Shown: positions 37,552-50,949 of the stretch, piece after piece
Layout of the letters: the number at the start of each line of letters is the position of its first letter
Position numbering within the stretch: the first letter of the stretch is position 1
DNA from: Octopus vulgaris
Lineage: Eukaryota
Length of the DNA: 64,000 bases
NCBI GenBank assembly: GCA_951406725.2
Contig: OX597833.1
Coordinates: forward strand, 58,156,001 to 58,220,000
Reading direction: 5' to 3'
Notes under the pieces: generated by a model
Told to the model about the DNA's origin: nothing
The model's input: the letters and a program-made list of their open reading frames with translations, nothing else
The model's database searches: none
Position numbers and translations under genes: made by a program

Positions 37552-37944
37552 CGCAGGAGTGGCTGTGTGGTAAGTAGCTTGCTAACCAACCACATGGTTC
37601 CGGGTTCAGTCCCACTGCGTGGCACCTTGGGCAAGTGTCTTCTGCTATAGCCCCGGGCCGACCAATGCCTTGTGAGTGGATTTGGTAGACGGAAACTGAA
37701 AGAAGCCTGTCGTATATATGTATGTGTGTTTGTTTGTGTGTCTGTGTTTGTCCGCCTAGCATTGCTTGACAACCGATGCTGGTGTGTTTATGTCCCCGTT
37801 ACTTAGCGGTTCGGCAAAAGAGACCGATAGAATAAGTACTGGGCTTACAAAAAGAATAAGTCCCGGGGTCGAGTTGCTCGATTAAAGGCGGTGCTCCAGC
37901 ATGGCCGCAGTCAAATGACTGAAACAAGTAAAAGAGTAAAGAGT
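37549..37944 (+). mobile_element. SINE family B, full length
   Basis: Matches 6999-7430. Further copies at 39309-39731, 44188-44600 (minus), 44783-45117, 46386-46765, 47718-47920 (minus), 55290-55457 and 57890-58007. Confidence 0.92.
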
Positions 37945-37958
37945 ATATATATTATGTA

Positions 37959-37994
<36 letters not shown>

Positions 37995-38259
37995 CATAAG
38001 ATGGCCAGTATGGGAATAAAAACCTACAAAGGTAATAATTATTATTGAAATTATAATTTAAAGCTTCTAAGAGATACCACCGCGCTGGAAATAGCAGCTA
38101 AAATTTGATTCTAAAACCACATTAAACGTTCATACAACACCAGGAGAGAAGACAAAAGGACAAAATAAACTAGCAAAAATTTACTGGATAATTCAAGATC
38201 CCGGATTTATATACATACATACATACATACATACATACATACATACATACATACATACA

Positions 38260-38291
<32 letters not shown>

Positions 38292-38422
38292 AGTTCAGCA
38301 AAAATTTAGATTCAAATGAATATGGTACTTAATTTAGATGCACCAGCATTTTGTATGGTGTTATCTATAAAATCCGTGGGGTGATTATAATCAAAATAAG
38401 CAATAAGAAGGACTCCGGCAAT

Positions 38423-38508
38423 TTGGTACGATCGTTTCGTACTACATCATTTTATTAAATGTTGTTAGTATTACAACATATTTAAGATGCTGAGTACTCA
38501 TCAGCCAA
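38423..38508 (-). ncRNA. Type I hammerhead motif with long stem II, in a Penelope-like end (38291-38600)
   Basis: UUGG-CUGAUGA-GUACU...AGUAC-GAAA-CGAUCG-UA^CCAA. An inverted partial copy lies at 38538-38598. Confidence 0.75.
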
Positions 38509-39132
38509 TTATAGAGGTTTTCCATTAATACAAAAAAATGATGTAGTACGAAACGATCGTACCAAATTGCTGGAGTCATTCTTGTTGTTTATTTTGATAT
38601 ATATATATATATATATACCGGAGTAAACACATAAATGTGAAACAAGGTGGAAAAAAGAGTACTCAAATACCAGTGGTAGAGTAATATGCTTTATTTTCTG
38701 CTGCTTAAAATAAAGTATATATATATATATATATATAGGTTATCAGTGACTTTAAAGTTTAACCTGTCTCTCATCTCTCTATGTGCGACGTAGGTGAAAC
38801 TTCGGAGTTACTATCGACCTGTATTTTTTCTCTTTTTTATTTGTAAATAATAAAGTCTTATACGTTGACATGTAATGCATTGAGGTGAATGTAAACAAGT
38901 TTTGCAGAGCGTTGTTGAGTAACAAAAATATAAACAAAGAGAGAAAAAGGAAAGAGAAAGGATAGAAAAGGAAATAATATGATTGCGGCTGCGGCGGTGG
39001 TCGTGTTGGTGGTGGTGGTCGTCGTCGTCTTCGTTGTGGTGGTGGTTGTGGTAGGGAAAGACATTGATAGAACAAGGAAAACAGTGACCGTTGCTTAAAT
39101 AAAGATAATAATAATAATAATAATAATAATAA

Positions 39133-39170
<38 letters not shown>

Positions 39171-39439
39171 ATAGCGTTAATCCAATAAAATAAATAAGAA
39201 GAATAAAGTTAACAGGCATACAAGGCTTATTTTATTGTATTTATTTAGGCAATTATCAAAATGTTTCCACTGCACGAAAGTATGTATATATATATATATA
39301 TATATATATTGCTAACCAACCACATGGTTCCGGGTTCAGTCCCACTGCGTGGCATCTTGGGCAAGTGTCTTCTACTATAGCCCCGGGCCGACCAATGCCT
39401 TGTGGGTGGATTTGGTAGACGGAAACTGAAAGAAGCCTG

Positions 39440-39517
<78 letters not shown>

Positions 39518-39797
39518 TTGCGTGTGTGTGTGTTTGTCCCCCTAGCATTGCTTAACAACCGATGCTGGTGTGTTTACGTCCCCGTCACTTAGCGGTTCGG
39601 CAAAAAAGACCGATAGAATAAGTACTGGGCTTACAAAAAGAATAAGTCCCGGGGTCGAGTTGCTCGATTAAAGGCGGTGCTCCAGCATGGCCGCAGTCAA
39701 ATGACTGAAACAAGTAAAAGTGTAAAAAGAGTATGGCGGTGCCCCAGCATGGCCACAGCTCATAAGCTGAAACTAGAATCAATCAATCAATCAATCA

Positions 39798-39835
<38 letters not shown>

Positions 39836-40183
39836 CAGCAAAACAATTTAGATTCAAATGAATATGGTACTTAACTTAGATGCACCAGAATTTTTGGAAT
39901 TTTTCTTGCAACAGTTAGATGCGATCTTTATCGTGGCCTGACTGGCATCTTTCTTCATGTTTCCTGAAATTTATATCCACAACTTTATGAGTATATTTAC
40001 CTTCTCTGGGATGTCACTAATTGATTTGAGAACTTTACATTGTTGGAAAGCATATATGGTTTGCTTGGAATCTTGCTTCAAGTTCCTGGAACTCACATCT
40101 ACAACTTTATCGGTATATTTACACTCTCTAAGATGTTACTAATTGATTTGAGAACTTTACATTGTTGGAAAACCTATATGAAA

Positions 40184-40268
40184 TTAGCTGAAGATTACTT
40201 GACATATTATATTTGCTGTAATATTTGCAGCTTTAATAAATTGTTATAGTATGAAACAATTGTACTAA
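40184..40268 (+). ncRNA. Type I hammerhead motif with long stem II, in a Penelope-like end (39831-40303)
   Basis: UUAG-CUGAAGA-UUACU...AGUAU-GAAA-CAAUUG-UA^CUAA. Downstream flank resembles 38575-38598. Confidence 0.65.
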
Positions 40269-40573
40269 ATTATCGATCCATTCTTGTTGCTTATTTTTTG
40301 GTTATATATATATGTGTGTGTGTGTGTGTTCAAACCGGCCAAAATTAATTCCCCTTTATTTGTTCAAACCGGCCAAATCCGGCCGTTTCCGACCGCTCTA
40401 CGAAATCGCTATAAAAAAAACAAACAAATCACGTTATTAAATTCTCATAGCTTTGAGACAATGCGAGATGAAGCCTTTCCCGCCTTTATTCAAGTATAAA
40501 TACTGTGAAATTGTTTAGACCACATGGTTATTTCCACGTTTGAAGAGAAGCGTTTACGTTTGTTGTGAAAGAA

Positions 40574-41076
40574 ATGGCGTCGGCAAGTAGCGATTCCGAC
40601 TTTGAAGGTTTTACCATTGATGATATTGAAGATATCAACGAAAACAAAAGTATTTTGGCTTCGGATGAATCTGATATTGATATCAGTGATTACTCGTCGG
40701 ACGAAGAAGATTTCGATAACGAAAGTGACGAAAATGAAAGTGATGAAAACGGATATTGTAAACAAGGCAACATGGTCGAAAATTACGACACCAGTCACAA
40801 TTTCTGATTTTACAGAAAACACTGGGGATCTTTTCTGTTTGATAGACGGAATTTTCTAGTTAACTAAAAATTTTGAAACTTCGTATACTGGTAGAATGTG
40901 CCAAAAGAAAACATTATTGTTGAACAAAATTGAAAACAAAATTGTAATTCGTAACTTAAACGTAGTTTAATTTTACGAATTTTAACCAATGAAATCCCAA
41001 CATCTTCGAATTTTAACCAATGAAATCCCAGCATTGCTGCGTTATTGATATTGATAAAGAAATATAGCAGACGCAC

Positions 41077-41166
<90 letters not shown>

Positions 41167-43123
41167 CACATGCATATACATTTGCACAAGCACATAGTAA
41201 TTAATATATAAGCGTACACATACATACAAACGGACATATACATACACACACATACGCACACAAGCATACACACACGTTGTTCGTGTTTTGCCACTTGCCG
41301 CAACAAATTTGCACAAAAGGTAAATAAACCATCATTGTTTCGGGGTCGATAAATTAAGTACCAATTACGCACTGGGAGACGAAATTCATCGATTTAAGAG
41401 ATATAGCTGTTATTTCTATCACATGTAGAAGACAGAAGAAGAGACAAGGATGAATAAGACGTGTGCGTGTGAGTTTTTAGACGCAGTAAATAATTTGAGC
41501 TCGAATGCTGCGATTTCATTGGTTAAAATTCGTAAAATTAAACTACGTTTAAGTTACGAATTACAATTTTGTTTTCAATTTTGTTTACAATAATGTTTTC
41601 TTTTGACACATTCTACCAGTATACGAAGTTTCAAATTGTTTAGTTAACTAGAAAATTCGGTCCATCAAACAGAAAAGATCCAACACTGGTCCACAACACA
41701 ATTTACCTCCTGATGCTCAACCACTGGACTATCTGTTTTTATTTTTGCCTGAAAGTTGTTTTGAAAATATTGCGGAGGAAACGAACAAGTATGCGCAACA
41801 TTTAATTTCTGTTCGAGGAAGAAACGATCCACCATGGCAGCCAACTAATACTGCGGAAATGAGAGCGTTTTTCACAATTAACATTATGTTTGGAGTTAAA
41901 CAGCTTCCTCGACTGTGAAACTATTGGAGTCCCGATGTAAGGTATGGCGACCCATATATTTCGAACATCATGTCGAAGACGAGGTATTCGAAAATATTTC
42001 AGTATTTGCATTTAAATGATTCTGCCAATGTCCCCAACAAAAACGACCCAAACTACGATCCCCTGCACAAAGTACGTCCTGTGATAGATTTACTTGTAAA
42101 TAATTATAAAACTGTTTATTTACCTGGGAAAAATCTCAGTGTAGATGAAGCCATGATAGGCTATAAGGGCAGAGTACATTTTCGGCAGTACATGCCTGCC
42201 AAACCTACTAAATGGGGGATCAAGGTATGAGAAGTTTGTGAATCGGAGACGGGATACTGTGTAAACTTCGATGCTTACACAGGTAAGAAGTATAATGGGA
42301 AAAGACCGCATGGATTGGGACATGATGTTGTATGGTCTCTTACACAACCTTTTCACCATCAGCACCGACACCTCTATTTCGACCGTTTGTTTTTCTTCAG
42401 TGGCTTTGGCTGAAAATCTTGCCCGTGTAAAGCACTTACATGTGCAGCACTGTTATAGGAAACCGTAAAGGTTTACCCCAGAAATAAAAACAAAATTTTA
42501 AAAAAGAGGGGACATTTTGCAAATGCAAAAAGAAAATTTATTAGTTACTGCATTTAAAGACAAAAGACATTTTATTTCTGTCTTCTAACGAACAACCTGG
42601 TGTTGGTGCTGAGGGGAAACCCCTTGTGAATATTTGTTACAACAAATATATGGGTGGGGTAGATAAATCCGATCAATATCGGGCATATTACCCAGTTGGT
42701 CGACCTGGGAAGAAATGGTAGAGGTACATTTTGTGGTTTTTAGTTAATTTAACAATAGTAAATGCACACATTGTATATGTAAAAAGCCACAAGGTACCTC
42801 CGCCACCAAAAGTCTACGACCACTTGAAATTTCGGGTTGACATCGCATCTCAGTTACGTGAGGGCTTTTCTTCTAGAAAGCACAGAACTGGGAGAAAAGC
42901 AAAATTAACTGAGGTGGATGTCAACAGAGAAAATATTGACTTTCATCAAGTCGAAAAAATAAACGGACGAAAACAAAGTTTGCAGACTGTGTTCGCAGCA
43001 AAAAAGAAAATCTGCAAAAGGGTACCAGGTCGAGACCTCATATATGTGTTCGTTTTGCCAAGTGCCCTTCTGAAAAGGGTGCTTTGGACAATTTCACGAC
43101 AGAAATATGCCATAAATGTATAA
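40574..43123 (+). pseudogene. piggyBac transposase (PGBD4-like), disrupted
   Basis: Acidic N-terminus; DPLHKVRPVID, LSVDEAMIGYKGR, QYMPAKPTKWGIK and YNKYMGGVDKSDQ motifs. Interrupted by stops, frameshifts and a MITE. Confidence 0.92.
40826..41681. mobile_element. Long-TIR MITE (GGATCTTTTC family) inserted in the transposase
   Basis: About 170-bp TIRs; perfect TSD AACACTGG at 40818-40825 and 41682-41689. Confidence 0.92.
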
Positions 43124-43155
43124 TTTTGCATATTCCTTTTCATTTCATAATATAA

Positions 43156-43462
43156 CTATCAGTGTCGCCCGGCGTTGCTCGGGTTTGTAAGGGAAATAAC
43201 TATATAAGCATTTTTAGAGAGTTACTTCCCTTACATAACCCGAGCAAAAATCATTAAAAATGCGGAAAAATGATGGTAAATTTTTTTTTTAATCGTAGAC
43301 TTATTGTAAACGGGCGCTAATACCCAGAAGGGCTCGATATGAATGACGTCTATAAGATACCCGCTTTTGGTTAAACTGCACCGCAAAATGTGGGAGTAGT
43401 TAGGAATCTAAATCGGAGGAGACAGAGTCTCACACACACAACTTGAATTTTATATATAAAGA
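43156..43462 (-). mobile_element. Non-autonomous Helitron, family of 20788-21188
   Basis: Reverse complement match including the TC start and 3' hairpin. Confidence 0.82.
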
Positions 43463-44094
43463 TATGTGAAAGTGAGAACTACATGTTAATTTTCAGTATG
43501 TTACACACCTGTATTCACCTTAGTCTCACCTGTTAATGAGATTTTTTTTATTAGATACATTCTGTTACGTGAATGAATTCATTAAATTGTATAAGAGTGC
43601 ATAGCCAATGGTACATTGACTAGTAAAATAGTTTTGTACTTTCTTTTCAATGATGACATTTGAACGAAATATAGAAAAATAGTAAAATCTTGTACCAATT
43701 ACACCTGTATTTTAATTAATTCAAATTAACGTACCTCATCTTGAAAAATGTAAAATTGTTGGCCGTTGACATCTGGGATAATTTTAGCAGCAAACCAAAC
43801 AGGTAAGATGTATTAAGAATATGAATTTTAGTGTTTATTCATAATGTTATTGTTTTTACACCTGTTAATTAAATTTACCTGTCCATCAAAATCAAATTTC
43901 GTCAGAAAGATCAGCTAAAATTACGTAATTATAAACCACTGGCATATAAGCACCCATTTACAAAGTTTCAAAGTTGTATGTAGAAAATTAACAAAGTTAC
44001 AAGTAAATATTGTGGACACCCCTCTTGAACTTGAATAAATCAAAATTAATGTGAACAGATAAGTATTGCATTTGACAAATTAATCTGAACACTA

Positions 44095-44189
<95 letters not shown>

Positions 44190-45658
44190 TTTACTCTTTA
44201 CTCTTTTACTTGTTTCAGTCATTTGACTGCGGACATGCTGGAGCACCGCCTTTAATCGAGCAACTCGACCCCGGGACTTATTCTTTTGTAAGCCCAGGAC
44301 TTATTTTATCGGTCTCTTTTGCCGAACCGCTAAGTAACGGGGACATAAACACACCAGCATCGGTTGTCAAGCAATGCTAGGGGGACAAACACAGACACAC
44401 AAACACACACACGCAAATATATGTATACATATATACGACAGGCTTCTTTTCAGTTTCCGTCTACCAAATCCACTCACAAGGCTTTGGTCGGCCCGAGGCT
44501 ATAGCAGAAGACACTTGCCCAAGATGCCACGCAGTGGGACTGAAACCGGAACCATGTGGTTGGTAAGCAAGCTACTTACCATGTAGCCACTCCTGCGCCT
44601 ATGTATATATATAATATAATATAAGAAAAGAATTTGAAATGCAGGAGTCATATTAAAGTATTTATTTACTTAACCGGTTTCATTTATTTAAAAAGATTTT
44701 CAAAAGTAGAGAGCGAGGCTCTGTATATCCTCTGTGGTGGCAAAAATTAGTTTACGTAAATGTATTCAAATAAAGTTACAGAGTGGCATCTTGGGCGAGT
44801 ATCTTCTGCTATAGCCCCGGGCCGACCAATGCCTTGTGAGTGGATTTGGTAGACGGAAACTGAAAGAAGCCTGTCGTATATATGTATATATATGTATGTG
44901 TGTGTGTGTGTTTGTGTTTGTCTCCCTAGCATTGCTTGACAACCGATGCTGGTGTGTTTACGTCCCCGTAAATTAGCGGTTCGGCAAAAAGAGACCGATA
45001 GAATAAGTACTGGGCTTACAATGAATAAGTCCCAGGGTCGATTTGCTCGACTAAAGGCGGTGCTCCAGCATGGCCGCAGTCAAATGACTGAAACAAGTAA
45101 AAGAGAGTAAAAGAGAGTCTTTGACGATGATAAGAAAAGGTTTGAAGCTTTGTGTGTCCTTTGCGATGAGTCAATAAATAATTTACATAAAAACATTCAA
45201 ACCTGGTAATGATTTTTTAAAATAAATATATGTTGTTCCTTCTCGCGACATGCCTGGCTCATAAGTGCTGGTTTTCCCGGTTTCCTTAGCGTAAAGGTTC
45301 CCCACCTGGACAAGACGCTGGTCTGTCGCAGGTGAGCTGCAAGATGCAGGAGGAAAGAGTGAGAGAAAGTTGTGGCGAAAGAGTCAGCGGAAGTTTCGCC
45401 ATTACCTTCTGCCGGAGCCGCGTGGAGCTTAGGTGCATCGCTCATAAACACACACACTGCGCGGTCTGAAATTCGAACCCGCGATCCCTCGACCGCCTGT
45501 CCGCTGCTCTAACCACTAGGCCATGTGCTTCCACTTTTGTAAATATAAGAAGATAAGAATTAGTCTACATGAATATATCCCGATCAAGTAGTAGTCTTTG
45601 ACAAGAAGATAAAACTCTACACAATCTAAAAGTCACAAGAAACACTCACAGACACACG

Positions 45659-45721
<63 letters not shown>

Positions 45722-46070
45722 GCACATACATGTATATACACACGCGCATGCACACACACACGCGTGAGTACACACACATATATACACATACACCCTAACG
45801 AAAGCAACACACACACACACTTATATGCACACATACGCACACATGCACACCACCCGACAAACGTAATACACACATGCACACACACACGTACACATACAGC
45901 ACCCTGGCAAATATAACACAGACATACACACACATACTCGCAACACACACCACCCTTATAAATATAACACACACATACACAGGCCTACATATACACGCGT
46001 GCACACGTACACACACACACACCGCCCTGACTACCAAAACACACACATACATGCGCACATACACATGTAT

Positions 46071-46112
<42 letters not shown>

Positions 46113-47034
46113 TCGTAGACACACACGTACACTTAAGGAGGCGAGCTGGCAGAAACATTAGCACGCCGGGCGAAATGCATAGCAGTATTTCGTCTGCCGT
46201 TACGTTCTGAGTTCAAATTCCGCCGAGGTCGACTTTGCCTTTCATCCTTTCGGGGTCGATTAAATAAGTACCAGTTACGCACTGGAGTCGATGTAATCGA
46301 CTTAATCCGTTTTTCTGTCCTTGTTTGTCCCCTCTATGTTTAGCCCCTTGTGGGTAGTAAAGAAATAATAAACACACGTACACATAGGAGTGGCTGTGTG
46401 GAAAGTAGCTTGCTAACCAACCACATGGTTCCGGGTTCAGTCCCACTGCGTGGCACCTTGTGCAAGTGTCTTCTGCTATAGCCCCGGGCCGACCAATGCC
46501 TTGTGAGTGGATTTGGTAGACGGAAACTGAAAGAAGCCTGTCGTTTATATGTATGAGTTTGTGTGTCTGTGTTTGTCCCCCTAGCATTGCTTGACAACCG
46601 ATGCTGGTGTGTTTACGTCCCCGTCAATTAGCGGTTCGGCAAAAGAGAGACCGATAGAATAAGTACTGGGATTACAAAAAGAATAAGTCCCGGGGTGGAT
46701 TTGCTCGACTAAAGGCGGTGCTCCAGCATGGCTGCAGTCAAATGACTGAAACAAGTAAAAGAGAAAGAGAGAGAGATACACACAAATGGAACACCCTCAT
46801 ACATGCATATATGTTCACACACACGCAAACTCGCTAACCACATTTCCCAGAAAACACATACACACACGCAGACATACACACATACACTTACACACAAATA
46901 CACACCGTTCTTTACTTATGAGTCGTACATACAAACCCCAAAACCTTTCAACAGTCAAAAACGATGACCAAATTAAAGGCACTCAAAACCTTTTTATCTA
47001 TCGTCAACTACTTTTTGACAAACGTGACTACCAT

Positions 47035-47641
47035 CCTATTTCTTTACTGCCCACAAGGGGCTAAACACAGAGGGGACAAACAAGTACAGACAAACGGATT
47101 AAGTCGATTATATCGACTCCAGTGCGTAACTGGTACTTAATTTATCGACCCCGAAAGGATGAAAGGCAAAGTCGACCTCGGCGGAACTTGAACTCGGAAC
47201 GTAACGGCAGATGAAATACCTATTTCTATTTCTTTATTACCCACAAGGGGCTAAACACAGAGGGGACAAACAAGTACAGACAAACGGATTAAGTCGATTA
47301 TATCGACCCCAGTGCGTAACTAGTACTTAATTTATCGACCCAGAAAGGATGAAAGGCAAAGTCGACCTCGGCGGAATTTGAACTCACAACGTTGTGACAG
47401 ACGAAATACCTATTTCTTTATTACCCACAAGGGGCTAAACACAGAGAGGACAAACAAGGACAGACATAGGTATTAAGTCGATTACATCGACCCAAGTGCA
47501 TTACTGGTACTTAATTTATCGACCCCGAAAGGACGAAAGGCAAAGTCGACCTCGGCGGAACTTGAACTCGGAACGTAACGGCAGACGAAATACCGCTAAG
47601 CATTTCGCCCGGCGTGCTAACGTTTCTGCCAGCTCGCCGCC
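47035..47641 (-). mobile_element. Head-to-tail trimer of SINE family A
   Basis: Three units of about 190 bp joined at AAAGAAATA-GGTATTTC. Confidence 0.9.
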
Positions 47642-47963
47642 TACCATCCGCCACCCGAACTGTTTTTACATCTGAAAACGAATACTCGATGACATTGGTA
47701 TTTAAAGGGTATATACCCTTTTACTTTTTTACTCTTTTACTTGTTTCAGTCATTTTGATTGCGGCCATGCTGGAGCACCGCCTTTAGTTGAACAAACCGC
47801 CCCCAGGACTTATTCTTTGTAAGCCCAGTACTTATTCTATCGGTCTCCCTTTTGCCGAACCGCTAAGTTACGGGGGACATAAGCACACCAGCATCTGTTG
47901 TCAAGCGATATTGGGGACACACACACACACACACACAAATACACATACATACATACTTGTATG

Positions 47964-48048
<85 letters not shown>

Positions 48049-48448
48049 CTATATATATATATATAAAACTGAGAATGTCTGTCTGTCTTTGTGCTTCCCT
48101 AAAACTTGAGAACTACACAACGAATTTCATTCAAATTTTACACATGCCTTACTTAAGGTCCGGAGAGTGTCATCGGCAAAACAATGTTAACTTTTTCCCA
48201 CAGCAATATCATATCTTCTCCACTATTTCAGTATTACGTGTTAAAAGTGAAACAAAAAACACCTCTCTATTGTAATGCAGACACTTTCATTTTAATACTG
48301 AAACTATTAAAATGAAAGTATTATATAACAGGGATGAACCATTAATAGTGGTCATCCTTTTTGCTAGAAGATCCGCTATGGTCTTATATGCTACACCACT
48401 GGTTTTCAATTCATATTAATCAAATTAATATTCAATTTTCACCCTTAT

Positions 48449-48523
<75 letters not shown>

Positions 48524-49160
48524 TAGCAATTCGTATAAAATTGCATCAATGACTTGAATTTGAATAAGTGGTTTCACATAAATGGGGATACATTAAAAAG
48601 GTTTGTTGTTATTATTATTACTGTTTGACTATTGTAATCACGTTTGTTGGTTCCTCGTCAGAGAAACGTTGTTGTGTTGCATTTGTTAAATAATTGTAAA
48701 CCGTAACCCTCCCCCTTTCGGAGAAGGGGCTTTGGTTATTGTTTAAAAATTGAATTGTGTCCTTGTTTGGGAAAATTGACAATATTTTCACCGTCTTTAC
48801 GGAAGCATTTTTGTTAAAATGCCTTCGATAGAAGAAAGTCCAAAAATGAATTTCGCTGCAGCCGTACACTTCTATACAAGAGGGAGGACAAGATCCAATT
48901 GATCGAAATTGCAAGAGACGGGCCTACAATTCCAGTCTGTTATATATTTTGAGTTTTGTTATCACTAGCGATATCAAGATGTAACTTTGTATTTTGTATT
49001 TTATGTGTAGATGTCTATATATAGATGTACATGTAATATGTACATATATATATACACATATATACATGCATAATATATCTACCCATACACACATACGCAC
49101 ACACATACACAGGGGCAGGTGTGGCTGTGTGGTAACAAACTACGTTCCAAACACATGGTC

Positions 49161-50034
49161 CTGGGTTCAGTCCCACTGTGTGGTGACTTGGCATGTGTCT
49201 TCTGCTGTAACCTCAGACCAACAAAAGCCTTCTCAGTGGATTTTGTACATATATACAGGCATACATATATATACATGCATACGTACATATTCGGCATAAA
49301 CACTCTACCACTACAACTAATAACTGTTGGGAACACTTTCAAACCTGCCTTACATTCGAACCGGAATCTCAACGCCCGAGTTTTCCATCTGAAGTTAATC
49401 TCTCTCATGATCCAGCTTTAGACAAAGAACTATACGAAATAGTTAAAGCAAACATGGTACATGGTCCATGTGGGCGTGGATTCAACATAAACACACCATG
49501 CTTGAAGGACAGCATATGTTCAAAAAGATTTCCAAGGAGGTTCCTACAAGAAACTCAGACAGGTGCTGATGGGTATCCATCATACAGACGCAGAAAACTG
49601 GGTTCAGTCCCACTGTGTGGTGACTTGGCATGTGTCTTCTGCTGTAGCCTCAGACCAACAAAAGCCTTCTCAGTGGATTTTGTACATATATACAGGCATA
49701 CATATATATACATGCATACGTACATATTCGGCATAAACACTCTACCACTACAACTAATAACTGTTGGGAACACTTTCAAACCTGCCTTACATTCGAACCG
49801 GAATCTCAACGCCCGAGTTTTCCATCTGAAGTTAATCTCTCTCATGATCCAGCTTTAGACAAAGAACTATACGAAATAGTTAAAGCAAACATGGTACATG
49901 GTCCATGTGGGCGTGGATTCAACATAAACACACCATGCTTGAAGGACAGCATATGTTCAAAAAGATTTCCAAGGAGGTTCCTACAAGAAACTCAGACAGG
50001 TGCTGATGGGTATCCATCATACAGACGCAGAAAA
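49161..50034 (+). repeat. 437-bp tandem duplication (SINE relic plus start of the Rep fragment)
   Basis: 49161-49597 repeats at 49598-50034; matching ATGs at 49454 and 49891. Confidence 0.95.
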
Positions 50035-50430
50035 CCAGAAGACGGAGGTTTCACAGCAACTATCGGACAGCACGATATTGATAATAGATGGATTGTTCCA
50101 TACTGCCCACTCCTGTCAAAGACTTTCAATGTCCACATCAACGTTGAGTTTTGCAACTCCGTTAAATCCATCAAGTACGTTTGCAAATATGTAAACAAGG
50201 GTTCTGACACTGCAATGTTTGGACTTCAACAAGAATACTGCCAGGATGAGGTGACGCATTATCAAGTGGGACAGTACATAAGTAGCAACGAGGCTTTCTG
50301 GCGCATCTTTGGCTTTCCAATTCACCAACGACACCCCGCCATTCAACAGCTTGCAGTGCACCTGGAAAATGGTCAAAGAGTGTACTTCACCGATGCTAAT
50401 GCTTCTCTGTTGGCAGAGGAACCAAGGGCT
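49891..50430 (+). pseudogene. Helitron Rep (HUH) domain fragment
   Basis: MVHGPCG...CSKRFP...DGYPSYRRR...[34 protein letters not shown]. Confidence 0.93.
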
Positions 50431-50432
50431 AG

Positions 50433-50544
50433 GTAGATAAATAGATATATAAATAGCTAGATAGATCGATAGATAGATAGACAGACAGATAGACAGGCAG
50501 ACACAAAGATAGATAGATAGATAGACAGATAGACAGGCAGACAC

Positions 50545-50617
<73 letters not shown>

Positions 50618-50850
50618 TTCTTTATTAGCCACACAGGGCTAAACACTGAGGGGACAATTACAATGTAGAGCTTTTCTTTTCGAGGGGCGCGAAAAAAAAG
50701 GGTCGGGACAATGGTTAAAATGGATCCAAATCGTTGGGAATATAAGCAAAAAATGTCGAAACAGTATAAAAAGTTCCCAAGAAATGGGGAGGTATGTCTC
50801 TGGAAAGAAAAACCTACGAAAAGACCACAGTAACCTCGGGCAATTACGTC
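50433..50850 (-). mobile_element. LINE-like 3'UTR with (ATCT)n tail
   Basis: ...TTGTCCCCTCAGTGTTTAGCCCTGTGTGGCTAATAAAGAAATT followed by (ATCT)n; it truncates the Rep ORF. Confidence 0.55.
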
Positions 50851-50949
50851 ACATATTAATTTATATTTACGAATAAGTAACTCTCTGTATTTAATTTTTT
50901 TACGGTTCATTGGATCATGTTCAATGTGGGGTCGTCATTCATGCGTGCC

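Larger units (their letters stand above)
40329..44099 (+). mobile_element. Decayed piggyBac DNA transposon
   Basis: Contains a transposase pseudogene. Right end ...GAACACTAAAGGG; the left end appears truncated. Confidence 0.7.

Noticed and set aside
44665-44710. U3-A8 hammerhead-like motif on the minus strand
   Set aside because: Stem II does not pair convincingly and the stem I register is ambiguous.
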